From: Lentisphaeria bacterium
Lineage (GTDB): Bacteria; Verrucomicrobiota; Lentisphaeria; JABSQK01; JAWLHB01
Direction of reading: 5' to 3'
DNA length: 64,000 nucleotides
Assembly (NCBI GenBank): GCA_041690595.1
Contig: JAWLHB010000003.1
Location: 1-64,000 of the forward strand
The notes under the pieces were generated by a model. It was not told the DNA's origin and did not search any database. It was given only the letters and a program-made list of their open reading frames with translations. Every line of letters starts with the position of its first letter. Positions within the stretch are counted from its first letter, which is position 1. Below are positions 38,889 to 48,544 of the stretch, piece by piece. A program made the translations under genes and the position numbers.

Positions 38889-39752
38889 GTGCTTGAGGAT
38901 GATTCAACCCTGGCGCATGGTGTCCGGTCGTTTGCGCTGCCGCGGCGGCGGCTGCATCTGCACGCGATGCTGACCAGTTGCGGCTATGAACGGCGAACGG
39001 AGACGGCATACGACTGGCATGGTCTGCGGCGGGGAAGCGCCGAATTTGTCCTGCTTCAGCATACGGTGGCGGGGGAAGGCCGGCTGCGGCTCGGGGAGCG
39101 CGAGTGGGCGGTGACACCGGGTCAGACGATGCTGCTCTGGTTTCCGTATGACAATCGGTACTGGCTGCCGGCGACAAGCGCGGCGTGGGAGTTCATCTTC
39201 GTCTGCGCGAATGGACGGGCGGTGATGGATATCTGGCAGCAGATCCTGTCGGTTCGGGAACCGCTGGCGGTGCTGGAGACGGATAGCCGACTGCTGCGGA
39301 CAGCCTGGGCGATCGTGGAGGAAGGGCTGGGCGGCAGCCTGCAGTCGCCCTTTCGGGCGTCGGCGCTGGCGTACGAGCTGGCGATGTCGGCGGCGGATGA
39401 GCTGCTACCCGTCGGCTCGGGTCAGGAGCGGCCGGAAGCGCTGCGTGCGGCGGTGCGTTTTGCCCGCCGTCATCTGGCGGATGCGATCGGGGTCGAGGAG
39501 ATGGCGCGGGCCGCGGGGCTGACGCGGGCGCACTTCACGCGGCGCTTCACGGAATCGGAGGCGATGCCCCCGGGGGAGTTCCTGCGCCGGCTGCGGATCG
39601 AAGCGGCAATCGGGCTGTTGCAGGGGAGCGACCTGTCGATGCAGCAGATCGCGCGCCGTTGCGGCTACAACGATGCGTCGTACTTCCGCAAGGTCTTCCA
39701 GACGATCATGGGGACAACGCCGGACGCTTTTCGGCGGAGCGGCATGTACTGA
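38889..39752 (+). CDS. AraC family transcriptional regulator
   Basis: Cupin-like N-terminus (LQHTVAGEG) and double HTH (GLTRAHFTRRF...IARRCGYNDASYFRKVF). Divergent from melA. GTG start is approximate. Confidence 0.9.
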   Translation: MLEDDSTLAHGVRSFALPRRRLHLHAMLTSCGYERRTETAYDWHGLRRGSAEFVLLQHTVAGEGRLRLGEREWAVTPGQTMLLWFPYDNRYWLPATSAAWEFIFVCANGRAVMDIWQQILSVREPLAVLETDSRLLRTAWAIVEEGLGGSLQSPFRASALAYELAMSAADELLPVGSGQERPEALRAAVRFARRHLADAIGVEEMARAAGLTRAHFTRRFTESEAMPPGEFLRRLRIEAAIGLLQGSDLSMQQIARRCGYNDASYFRKVFQTIMGTTPDAFRRSGMY

Positions 39753-39845
39753 GAGCAAAGGGTCGGTTGCAGCGGACGGCTGGCGGCGCTATCTTGGTAG
39801 TGGGGGCGGGTGCGCGAAACGAATTTGATGGAGAAGGGTGGAACC

Positions 39846-40418
39846 ATGTCGATGGCGTGGAAGGTGGTGCGCGTGATTGTGGGGCTTGTGAGCCTGGCAG
39901 CCGGCATTGCCGCCGTGCCGATCAGTGTGGCGTTAAGCCTGCTGCTTGGGGGCGTGGCGGGCATCTGCCTGTATCCGTTTGCGACGGAGTTGCTGGCGAG
40001 AGGGCTCTGCGGCTTCGACTCCCAGTCGGCCATGGTGGTGCCCAGGGAGTATTCGCGGATCCGGGGGCTGCGGAGCGAAGGCCATTTCGAGGAGGCGGTG
40101 GAGGAGCTGCGGCGACTGGCGGCGGAAACTTCCGACGGTGGGGGGCGCTTGCTTCTGGTGCAGATTCTGCTGGACGATCTTGGGCGCGACGACGAGGCGC
40201 TTGAGGTGGCTCTCGAGGATTTGCGCGGCTCGGCCTGGCACGACGAGTCGGCCAGCATTGCGTTGATGGCAGTTGACATACTGGTGGAAAACGGCAATCT
40301 TGAACAAGCACGGGCGGTGCTTCAGGAAAGCCTGCGGAAAGTACGCGCGAAGAACGACCGGGAGGCGCTTCGGAACCGGCTTGCCGCCCTACCCCCACAA
40401 CTTTTCAGTCATGGATGA
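39846..40418 (+). CDS. membrane-anchored helical-repeat (TPR-like) hypothetical protein
   Basis: Two N-terminal hydrophobic helices then amphipathic helical repeats. Stop overlaps the ATPase start. Confidence 0.65.
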   Translation: MSMAWKVVRVIVGLVSLAAGIAAVPISVALSLLLGGVAGICLYPFATELLARGLCGFDSQSAMVVPREYSRIRGLRSEGHFEEAVEELRRLAAETSDGGGRLLLVQILLDDLGRDDEALEVALEDLRGSAWHDESASIALMAVDILVENGNLEQARAVLQESLRKVRAKNDREALRNRLAALPPQLFSHG

Positions 40419-42622
40419 GTATGGATCAGACGACCGAGTCGAGTCAGATCATGCAGTTGCTGGCGCTGATGGACGAGCGGGAAGCCTCGGACCTCTTTCT
40501 GAACGCCGGGAAACGGCCCATCCTGCGGGTGTTCGGTGAGTTGAAGGAGAGCGAGACCGAGATCATCACCGAGGCGGAGATGGAGAGGTTCATCGCGGAG
40601 CAGCTGCCCCCCACCCTGCCGGAAAAGCTGCGGGTGGAACGGGAGGCGGATGTCGGCATCTCGCTGGCGGATGACAAGCGCTACCGGCTGAGCCTCTTTT
40701 ATCAGAAGGGGCGGCTCAGCATCGTGGCGCGCCGCGTGCCATCCGGCGAGCTGACCTTCGAGCAGCTCGACCTGCCGCCTGTCCTGGAGAGCCTGGTGAC
40801 CGCGCCGCGCGGCCTGATTCTGGTGACCGGGGCAACGGGTAGCGGCAAATCCTCGACGGTGGCCGCGATGCTGCACCACATCAACACGCACCTGGCCAAG
40901 CACATCGTGACGATCGAGGATCCGATCGAGTTCGTACACCGGGATGAGAAGAGCATCTTCACTCAGCGTGAAGTGGGCAACGACACCCTTTCGTTCGCAA
41001 ACTCGCTGCGTCAGGTGGTGCGCCAGAGTCCGGACGTCATCATGATCGGCGAGATGCGCGACTACGACACGATCCAGACGGCGATATCCGCGGCGATGAC
41101 CGGGCATCTGGTGATCACAACCATGCACACGGTGGACGTGGCGCAGACGCTGGAGCGCATCATCAACTACTTTCCCGATCATCTGAGAGATCAGGTGGCG
41201 ATGGACTTTTCCATGGCGCTGCAGGCGATCGTCTCGCAGCGGCTGCTGCCGAAGCAGAGCGGGCACGGCCAGGTGCCGGTCTTCGAGATCCTCACGGCCA
41301 CGCCACTGGCGCGGCGCATCATTGCGGCGCGACGGCTGGACGAGATCGAGGAGGTGCTCAAGAGCAGCGCCGACGAAGGGATGATCACCTTCAACCGGTC
41401 GCTGGCGGAGCGGTACCACAAGGGCAAGATCAGCCGTGACGCGGGTGCGGCAGCTTCGTCGAACCGTGACGAATTCATGCTCATCGTGGAAGGGATGGAG
41501 ACGGGCATCGATACGCTGCGGCTGCACGAGAGCGAGACGAAAGAGATGCTGCGCATCGACATGAAGCGGCTGCTGAAGGCGGCCATCAAGCATGGCGCCA
41601 GCGATCTTCTCGTCACCGTCGGTTCGCCGCCGCTGCTGCGCATCACGGGGGATCTGCGTGAGCTCAACATGGAGGTGCTCACGGCGCAGGAGTCTCGCCG
41701 CCTGCTCTTCAGCCTGCTGAGTCCGGGGCAGCGGGCGCATTTCGAGGCAGAGAAGGAGATCGACTTTGCCTTGAGCGTCAGCAACCTGCTCAAGGGGGAC
41801 GATTCGCCGGAGCTGCGGGATCATCGTTTTCGCGTGAATGGGTTCTACCAGAAGAGCAGCGTGGCTTTGGCGGTGCGGGTGATCGCGCAAGAGATCCCGA
41901 CGGCGGAGGCGCTGGGGCTGCCGCCCATCGTCCTGAAGCTTGGGCAACGCCATCATGGGCTGCTGCTGGTGACGGGGCCGACGGGGCATGGCAAATCGAC
42001 GACGCTGGCCTGCCTGATCAACGAGATCAACCGGACGCGCCGCTGCCACATCATCACGGTGGAAGATCCGATCGAGTTCGTGCACAAGAGCGAGAAGGCG
42101 GTGATCGAGCAGCGGGAAGTCTACGCGGATACCAAGAGCTTCGCGAACGCGCTGAAGTATGTCCTGCGGCAGGATCCGGACGTCATCCTGATCGGGGAGA
42201 TGCGCGACCCGGAGACGATCTCCGCGGCGCTGACGGCGGCGGAGACGGGCCACCTGGTGCTGGCGACGCTGCATACGAACGACGCGGTGCAGACGATCGA
42301 CCGTATCATCGACACCTTTTCGCCGCATCAGCAGGACCAGGTGCGGGCGCAGTTGGCGACGGCGCTGATTGGGGTGGTGGCGCAACGGTTGTTGCCGCGG
42401 ATGGATCGGGACGATCGGGTTGCCGCCTTCGAGATCATGACAGCAACCACGGCGATCCAGGCGCTGATCCGCGACAACCGCGCCCACCAGATCGCGGCGA
42501 CGATCGAGACCTCCGCCAAGGATGGCATGATCACCATGGATAAGGCGCTGAAGAACCTTTACAGCAAGAACATCATCAGCCGACAGACCTACGTTTCGCT
42601 GGTGAAGAATCCAGAGCTATGA
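40415..42622 (+). CDS. pilT: type IV pilus retraction ATPase with two tandem PilT/PilU domains
   Basis: Two complete motif sets: GATGSGKS / GPTGHGKS, TIEDPIE / TVEDPIE, IGEMRD twice, TMHT / TLHT, GMIT twice. Confidence 0.92.
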   Translation: MSMDQTTESSQIMQLLALMDEREASDLFLNAGKRPILRVFGELKESETEIITEAEMERFIAEQLPPTLPEKLRVEREADVGISLADDKRYRLSLFYQKGRLSIVARRVPSGELTFEQLDLPPVLESLVTAPRGLILVTGATGSGKSSTVAAMLHHINTHLAKHIVTIEDPIEFVHRDEKSIFTQREVGNDTLSFANSLRQVVRQSPDVIMIGEMRDYDTIQTAISAAMTGHLVITTMHTVDVAQTLERIINYFPDHLRDQVAMDFSMALQAIVSQRLLPKQSGHGQVPVFEILTATPLARRIIAARRLDEIEEVLKSSADEGMITFNRSLAERYHKGKISRDAGAAASSNRDEFMLIVEGMETGIDTLRLHESETKEMLRIDMKRLLKAAIKHGASDLLVTVGSPPLLRITGDLRELNMEVLTAQESRRLLFSLLSPGQRAHFEAEKEIDFALSVSNLLKGDDSPELRDHRFRVNGFYQKSSVALAVRVIAQEIPTAEALGLPPIVLKLGQRHHGLLLVTGPTGHGKSTTLACLINEINRTRRCHIITVEDPIEFVHKSEKAVIEQREVYADTKSFANALKYVLRQDPDVILIGEMRDPETISAALTAAETGHLVLATLHTNDAVQTIDRIIDTFSPHQQDQVRAQLATALIGVVAQRLLPRMDRDDRVAAFEIMTATTAIQALIRDNRAHQIAATIETSAKDGMITMDKALKNLYSKNIISRQTYVSLVKNPEL

Positions 42623-42638
42623 TGCGGCGGGAGTGAAG

Positions 42639-43619
42639 ATGAAGAACGAGTATGACGTGATCATCGTGGGAGCGGGACCGAGCGGCCTCTCCTGCGCCAT
42701 CGAAGCGAAACGGAACGGGCTGAGCTATCTGGTCATCGAGAAAGGGGGCATCACGGACGGGATCCGCCGATTTCCGGTCAACATGACCTTCTTTTCGACG
42801 CCCGACCTGCTGGAACTGGGCAATATCCCCTTCACGGTAACCAGCGTGCGCCCGAACCGTGTCGAGGCGCTCCAGTACTACCGGCACGTCGTCGACTACT
42901 TCGGTCTGGAGCTGATGCTGCACACGCGTGTGGAGGCGATCGAGCCGGGCAAGGAGCATTTCACCGTGCGTTGCGCGGGGGACAAGGTGCCGCGGGCGCG
43001 CAATGTGATCGTGGCCACCGGTTACTTCGATCATACGAATCGTCTTGGCGTTCCGGGCGAGGAGCTGCCCCACGTTTCCCACTATTACGACGAGCCCTAC
43101 AAGTACGCACACAGCAAGGTGGCGCTGATCGGCGGCCGCAATTCCGCCGTGGAAGCGGCGCTGGAGCTGTGGCGGCATGGAGCCGAGGTGACGCTGATCC
43201 ACCGCCGCCCTACCCTCGGCGACTCGGTCAAGTACTGGGTGCGGCCCGATATCGAGAACCGGCTGAAGAATGGGGCGATCAAGGCGCACTTCGATTCGAC
43301 GGTGCTGGAGATCGAAGCGGGACGGCTGCGGGTGCGCCACAACACGAGCGGCGAGGTGCAGTGGGTCGAGGCGGATTTCGTCTTTCCGCTGATCGGCTAT
43401 CGGCCGGACGAGAAGCTTCTGCGGAGGGCAGGAGTGGTGCTGGACGAGCAGCTGATCCCGCGCTACGAGCAGCATAGCTTCGAGACGAATATCGAGGGTC
43501 TGTACGTAGCCGGCTCGGTGGTGTGCGGCTGCGAAACGTGGAATATCTTCATCGAGAACGGCCGCGCCCACGCGATGCCGATCATCGCGGATATCGTCCG
43601 CTGCCACCGCAAGAGCTGA
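42639..43619 (+). CDS. ypdA: YpdA family putative bacillithiol disulfide reductase (TrxB-like flavoprotein)
   Basis: GAGPSGLSCA, MTFFSTPDLLE, EALQYY, SVKYWVRPDIENR, FIENGRAHA; no CXXC active site. Confidence 0.9.
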   Translation: MKNEYDVIIVGAGPSGLSCAIEAKRNGLSYLVIEKGGITDGIRRFPVNMTFFSTPDLLELGNIPFTVTSVRPNRVEALQYYRHVVDYFGLELMLHTRVEAIEPGKEHFTVRCAGDKVPRARNVIVATGYFDHTNRLGVPGEELPHVSHYYDEPYKYAHSKVALIGGRNSAVEAALELWRHGAEVTLIHRRPTLGDSVKYWVRPDIENRLKNGAIKAHFDSTVLEIEAGRLRVRHNTSGEVQWVEADFVFPLIGYRPDEKLLRRAGVVLDEQLIPRYEQHSFETNIEGLYVAGSVVCGCETWNIFIENGRAHAMPIIADIVRCHRKS

Positions 43620-43629
43620 AGGAGCAGAC

Positions 43630-45513
43630 ATGAAGCTGGCGTCAACCAATCTGAGCAGCAGCCGGTCCGCGTTCATCGAGGCTGAGCTGAGGCAGGCGGC
43701 GAAGGTGGTCGCGTCGTCGGGGTTGCCTCTCCCGGAGGTGGCGATAACCGCCGTCGATCTTTCCGCCGGGGGCTACGAGTTGCCTGAGCGGATACGGATG
43801 CAACTGCATGTCGACGTGGCGTCACGGGAGGAGCGCCCGGGAGCCTTTGCCGCTCGCTGCGCCTGGGAACAACAGCGCCAGAGCTACCAGATCCTGCCGA
43901 ACGGTCCGGAAGTCTGGATCGTTGGCGGCGGGCCAGAGGGGGTGCTCTATGGGGTCTACCGCCTGCTGCGCGACCTGACGGGGCTGCACTGGCATGGACT
44001 GGCCGATGAGGACGCGGTGCTGGAATCGGGGCCTTGGCGTGCTCAGGCGCGGCGCGGCGTGCCGGACGTGCCGCTGCGGGGTTTCGAAGGGTCGCTGAGC
44101 AAGTGGAATGAGGCGATGCTGGAGCCGCTCTTTACGTGGATGGCGCGCAAGGGGCTGAACCTGATGCTTTTCAATGCGGCCCAATGGCGAGGGCTGGCGT
44201 CACGGGAGCAGGTGGCGGACGCGGCCCGGGTGCGCGGCATTCGTCTCGTGCTGGGCGGGCATGCGCCGGAGCTTTTCCTGCCGGAGAGCCTCTTCGACGA
44301 GCATCCGGAATGGTTCGGGTTGCGGGATGGCCGGCGTTGCCTGCGGGGCATGGTGGAGCACCCGGAGCTTGCCGGCGGCCCCAGCGAATCGCCGATACAG
44401 CCCTGCTTCTCCAATCCCGAGGTGCGGGACCGGATGGCACGGGCGATGGCGGAGTTTATCGATAGTTCGCCCGAGCTGGCGATCTTCTCGTTGTGGCCGC
44501 ACGACGGCATCAACAATTGGTGCCAGTGCGATGGATGCCGTACCAGCACCCCCTACGCCATGCTCTACCGGCTGGCTCTGGCGATTCTGGAGCGGACGCA
44601 GCGCCAGGATGTCCCGGTGGAGGTGCTCTGCTATACCAACCTTCTGGACCTTCCCCGGGAGAGCCTGCCCCCTTCAGACCGGATCTATACGCTCTTCTGC
44701 CCCTACCTGCGCGATTATCGCCACAGTTGCTTCGACCCCGGTTTCGAGGTGGAACGGCTGACGCTTGGCGTCGACTATCCGGAGCCTGAACCGGTGAACC
44801 CGATCGACGACCGGGAATACGGCATCCTGCTCGACCGATGGCTACCGCAGCTGCAGTCGACAGGATCGGGGCTGGGGATCTTTGCCTACTATCAGCTTGC
44901 CTTCCACGACGAAACGGGGAAGACCGATCGTTCGCGCTATCTGCACCATCCGGAGCCCGATCTCGTGGCCGATGAGCTGCGTGAATTCGCGAAACGGGGC
45001 ATGCAGCTCTTCTACGATTGCTCCTGGCCGATCCCCGGTTTCTGGCCGGATGCGCGTCTCTACGCCTACCTGCCCGAGGTACTCTGGGATCTGACGACGC
45101 ACGCGGAGGATCGTGTAGCGGCTTACTATGCGGCTACTCTGGGCGACCAGGCCCAGGCGGTGCGGGAAATCCTGGCGGAGTTGGACGCGGCCCTGGCCGA
45201 TCCGGACCGGCTACCGCTGCCACCAAAGCTCACGGCGGCGGCGCGCGAATGCTTCGCGAAAGTCCCAGGCCCCCGCGGCAGGCGTTACCTGCTCTGGCTG
45301 GAGTACGTGGAGATGGCGGAGCGCGCCTGGCAGTTGTTGAAGGCAGGCGAACTGGTTGCGTCACGAGCGCAGGAGGAGCAAATCGTCGCCTTCTTTGAGG
45401 CGCACCGGGAAGAGCTGTCAGGCCACCTGCTGGTGCCGTGGATGATCTCGACGTCGCGCAGCGCCATCCGCACCCTCACCGGCGGCACGACCCGCGGCGC
45501 CATGCCGGCATAG
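43630..45513 (+). CDS. DUF4838-like / glycoside-hydrolase-like protein
   Basis: GVLYGVYRLL (GH20/GH67-like N-terminus), HPEWFGL, QPCFSNPEV, DGINNWCQCDGC. Confidence 0.75.
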   Translation: MKLASTNLSSSRSAFIEAELRQAAKVVASSGLPLPEVAITAVDLSAGGYELPERIRMQLHVDVASREERPGAFAARCAWEQQRQSYQILPNGPEVWIVGGGPEGVLYGVYRLLRDLTGLHWHGLADEDAVLESGPWRAQARRGVPDVPLRGFEGSLSKWNEAMLEPLFTWMARKGLNLMLFNAAQWRGLASREQVADAARVRGIRLVLGGHAPELFLPESLFDEHPEWFGLRDGRRCLRGMVEHPELAGGPSESPIQPCFSNPEVRDRMARAMAEFIDSSPELAIFSLWPHDGINNWCQCDGCRTSTPYAMLYRLALAILERTQRQDVPVEVLCYTNLLDLPRESLPPSDRIYTLFCPYLRDYRHSCFDPGFEVERLTLGVDYPEPEPVNPIDDREYGILLDRWLPQLQSTGSGLGIFAYYQLAFHDETGKTDRSRYLHHPEPDLVADELREFAKRGMQLFYDCSWPIPGFWPDARLYAYLPEVLWDLTTHAEDRVAAYYAATLGDQAQAVREILAELDAALADPDRLPLPPKLTAAARECFAKVPGPRGRRYLLWLEYVEMAERAWQLLKAGELVASRAQEEQIVAFFEAHREELSGHLLVPWMISTSRSAIRTLTGGTTRGAMPA

Positions 45514-45610
45514 GTGTACGTGGCGGCGAGAAGGGGAAGAAGGGGAAGTATGGCCGCGACTCGGTGCACGAAGCTGAGTGGACGAAGTGGACGAAGTGGA
45601 CGAAGTGGGA
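45477..45610 (+). repeat. repeat copy 1: 3' end of the DUF4838 gene plus 9-bp-period purine repeats
   Basis: 45477-45559 matches 45991-46073 at 78/83 nt; contains GAAGGGGAA x2 and GTGGACGAA x3. Confidence 0.9.
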
Positions 45611-45623
45611 CTCCTTTTTGACC

Positions 45624-45668
45624 TCATTGCCTAGTCCCAAGGTCGAGGTCCAGAAAGAACGGGGTCAT
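45624..45668 (-). pseudogene. possible truncated Doc/Fic toxin start (MTPFFLDLD...)
   Basis: 14-codon stub starting 3 nt after the antitoxin stop; resembles Doc N-termini (from memory). Confidence 0.45.
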
Positions 45669-45671
45669 GGG

Positions 45672-45899
45672 CTACTCCGCCAGTTTCTTCATGGCCTTCC
45701 CGAAGCGGTTATGCACCATCGCCAGGGCGTCTTGGAATTTGCGTTCCTCGTCATCGCCACGGACCGGCGTGAGAATTAATGAATTGCCGTCCGTCACGAT
45801 CTGGAATGGCGTATCGGGAGCTGCCCGAAGCAGATCGAGGATTGGCCTGTCGATGACCAGCGCATAGCTGTTGCCATGCCGGGTAAGAGTCTTGACCAT
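45672..45899 (-). CDS. AbrB/MazE/SpoVT family antitoxin
   Basis: MVKTLTRHGNSYALVID...LILTP...HNRFGKAMKKLAE; upstream TTGACG-16-TATACT promoter (45959-45932). Confidence 0.88.
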   Translation of the reverse strand: MVKTLTRHGNSYALVIDRPILDLLRAAPDTPFQIVTDGNSLILTPVRGDDEERKFQDALAMVHNRFGKAMKKLAE

Positions 45900-45990
45900 C
45901 GTCGGAATCTCCTGTGTTGTTGTTACCACATAGTATATCCAACGGATGACTTTCGTCAACCCATTGGTGCAAACATCCCGGATCAGGCGA

Positions 45991-46120
45991 CACCGGCGGC
46001 ACGACCCGCGGCGCCCTGCCGGACTAGGTGTACGTGGCGGCGAGAAGGGGAAGAAGGGGAAGTAGGGCCGTGATAAGCTGATGGACGAAGTGGATGAAGG
46101 GGACGAGAAGTGGACGGGGG
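45991..46120 (+). repeat. repeat copy 2
   Basis: 78/83 identity to 45477-45559, followed by degenerate TGGACGAAG units. Confidence 0.9.
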
Positions 46121-46148
46121 ACGCGAGTCAGCTTGGAACCGAATGGAT

Positions 46149-47450
46149 TCAGATGTCGAGGCGCAGCGCATGCTGAATCGCGTCGCGCTGCGCAGGGCTT
46201 ACACGGGCCTCGTCAGCGTAATTTCGCCATAGGCTGACCGCCTCGCGCACCTCAGCCAGGATGGTTTTCGCTTGTCCACGCTTCAGCGAGGCGACGTTGG
46301 CGCATGCCTCGAAGTCGGCGAGCAGGAAGTTGTCGCGCTTGCCGTTAAGGGTCATCTGATGGGTCGAGGTCCACTGTCCATCTGGGTGGTAGCTGTAGAT
46401 CACGTCAAAGGCGGGAGCAAGCGACCATTTTCCGGATCGATCCATCAGAAAAGCAATGTTTTTGACGTGGTCGTCCTGATTGCGAGCCATGACGTTGAAA
46501 ACCATACGTCGAAAGAGCTGCTCGACCTCAGCCATGGAGAGGTTCAGCCGGCGTGCGACCTGGATTGCCTGCTCGTAGCTGTGCGCGCCCGCTTGATTGA
46601 AGTCGAGATGCGCCATTGCGGCGAGTGACTGCATGTGCAGCTTGTCGCCGTTGGGCAGCCGGTCGAAGCGCCGCGTCATGAAATGCCGGCGGCCGCCCTC
46701 CTCCAGCAGTCGACATTCGGTCATGGCAATTCCGCAAGCCGTTGCCATGCGGTGATAGGCGTACTCGATGACGCCGTACCCACGCGGGTCATCAGGCCCC
46801 TTATCGCGGTTGCCGCTGACGCCATCGAATTTCAGCAGCCAGTACTCGAAGCCTGAGCCCGCTTCGACTTGTCCGGCCTGGACCTCGTTGGTCTCACGAT
46901 TCCAGGCTATGACCGCCTTGGCCCGGGCTCCTCCGGCCGAGGTGCCAACGCGCAGGATATCGCGAAGCGCCGCCGCCTTGCGGGAGTCCGCAAAGCTGGT
47001 CTGCAGATCGTTTCGATGCCGCAGGATCTCCGAAGCGAGTGCCACAAGACGGTCCACCTGAAGGCGTGTGCCGCGACGTGGCCGCGGCCCCGTCACCGGA
47101 AAGAACTCCAACGCACCCATGCCGCGTGTTCCGGTATAGCAGAGCCGTTCGACCGCATTAAAGGAGTCTGGAGTCCTGCCCTGCGTGGCGAGCCAAGCAT
47201 TGATCAGGGCATTACCAAAGCGGTCGGGCAGCGCGTCCGCCAGCAGGCCCGGAAGACCGTGGAAGCTTTCCGGCGACAGCGCGGGAAAGCTGTACAGGCG
47301 ATCTCCGAGGGGCATCGTCAAGGGCGCTATTTCCATGCGACTGGCAGTGAAAGGCCGGTCGTATTCGAAGGTTGCGGCTGATGCTTCGTCCGGCAGCACG
47401 ACCGCCCCGATGATGCTTCCCCACAATCTGACTTCGGCGATCGCGCTCAT
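46149..47450 (-). CDS. hipA: HipA family toxin kinase with N-terminal coupling domain
   Basis: LPDRFGN, RGMGALEF, GTSAGGARAK, WLLKFD, RNQDDHVKN, LAPAFD. Confidence 0.95.
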   Translation of the reverse strand: MSAIAEVRLWGSIIGAVVLPDEASAATFEYDRPFTASRMEIAPLTMPLGDRLYSFPALSPESFHGLPGLLADALPDRFGNALINAWLATQGRTPDSFNAVERLCYTGTRGMGALEFFPVTGPRPRRGTRLQVDRLVALASEILRHRNDLQTSFADSRKAAALRDILRVGTSAGGARAKAVIAWNRETNEVQAGQVEAGSGFEYWLLKFDGVSGNRDKGPDDPRGYGVIEYAYHRMATACGIAMTECRLLEEGGRRHFMTRRFDRLPNGDKLHMQSLAAMAHLDFNQAGAHSYEQAIQVARRLNLSMAEVEQLFRRMVFNVMARNQDDHVKNIAFLMDRSGKWSLAPAFDVIYSYHPDGQWTSTHQMTLNGKRDNFLLADFEACANVASLKRGQAKTILAEVREAVSLWRNYADEARVSPAQRDAIQHALRLDI

Positions 47451-47794
47451 CGCTCGTCACCCCACCGCCATCCGCCCTTGCGCGGCGGGGGACGGCGGGA
47501 AGATGCGCGCTTCCGCTCCTTTCCCTTCAGCTTGAGAAGATCCATGGGACGCGGTCCGGATTCTGGCACCAACCGATTGAGTTCATCTGTCAACTCAAGC
47601 ACCCTCAAGAGGCGAATGAGCGTGGTCAACTGGGTGTCGCCGCCGGCTTCGACGCGTTCTACGGTTCGTTTGCCGACCCCCGCTTCTTCGGCGACCAGCG
47701 CCTGGGTCAACCCCAAATCCAGGCGACGCCGGCTGAGGCGCTGCCCAAGTTCGACAAGTACGGCTTCATCTGACATCTGCTTTTCGATCTTCAT
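47447..47794 (-). CDS. XRE/HipB-like helix-turn-helix antitoxin
   Basis: RRLDLGLTQALVAEEAGVGKRTVERVE; ATGA overlap with hipA. Confidence 0.9.
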   Translation of the reverse strand: MKIEKQMSDEAVLVELGQRLSRRRLDLGLTQALVAEEAGVGKRTVERVEAGGDTQLTTLIRLLRVLELTDELNRLVPESGPRPMDLLKLKGKERKRASSRRPPPRKGGWRWGDER

Positions 47795-47813
47795 GGAGAA
47801 GTCCTTTGTTTAA

Positions 47814-47870
47814 TCGTAATCTATGACGAGAAGAATGGCTTTTCAAGCATTGACTCGCCACTTTTGACGA
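47814..47870 (-). promoter_or_regulatory. hipBA promoter with two palindromic operators
   Basis: Minus strand TTGAAA-17-TAGATT; TCGTAA-TCTA-TGACGA (47814-47829) and TCGCCA-CTTT-TGACGA (47855-47870). Confidence 0.7.
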
Positions 47871-47887
47871 TAATAGTACGGCTGAGT

Positions 47888-47978
47888 AGAGAAGGGGAAG
47901 AAGGGGGAAGAAAGGGAATTATGGCCGCGATCGGTGCGCAACGCTGAATGGACAAAACGGACGAAGGCGACGAAGGGC
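47888..47978 (+). repeat. repeat copy 3 (degenerate)
   Basis: GAAGGGGAAGAAGGGGGAAG...TATGGCCGCGATCGGTGCGC...GCTGAATGGAC...GGACGAAG aligns with 45530-45604. Confidence 0.75.
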
Positions 47979-48063
47979 CTGGGGCACTGAGCGAGGGCAA
48001 AAAGGAGGAAGAATAGCGGCGTTGCGGGTTGCGGCCGTTGGGGTCTCGCGCTAAGGTTTAGGG

Positions 48064-48540
48064 ATGAACACGTATGATTTCACTGCATCCGAGAATTTCA
48101 TCGCTGGAGCGCCCATCAGCGTTCTTCAGGGCTTTGCCATGGAGCTGAATCGGGGATGGCCGGTCTTTGCTCATGTGTTTCAGGCATTAGAGACAGACGG
48201 CTTGCCGGGTGAGGAAGTCGACCATTTGATGGAAGGGGTGTTTATTGTCTGGCATGCGACGATCAAGACGAAGCGCCGCAAGCTGCCTACATTCACGGTT
48301 GACGACATTCAGCGACACGTTAGAGAGTTTGCGGATTTCGCGACTTACTATCAGTGCGAAGCCGAAACGGAGGAACGACATTCGCTGCGGTTCATCCACC
48401 ATCCGCAGCTCGAAGCATTTACGGCCGCGCGGCTTCAGGAGACATATGGTGAGCCGGAGCGGGTGCCTTCTCACGTAAGCGCGCTCTACTTCGCCGTGAT
48501 GAAGTGCTTCGACAACGTCATCGCCGCCACACCGCGCTGA
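48064..48540 (+). CDS. hypothetical protein (158 aa)
   Basis: ORF with protein-like composition filling the gap; convergent with the ATPase gene. Confidence 0.65.
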   Translation: MNTYDFTASENFIAGAPISVLQGFAMELNRGWPVFAHVFQALETDGLPGEEVDHLMEGVFIVWHATIKTKRRKLPTFTVDDIQRHVREFADFATYYQCEAETEERHSLRFIHHPQLEAFTAARLQETYGEPERVPSHVSALYFAVMKCFDNVIAATPR

Positions 48541-48544
48541 GCTT

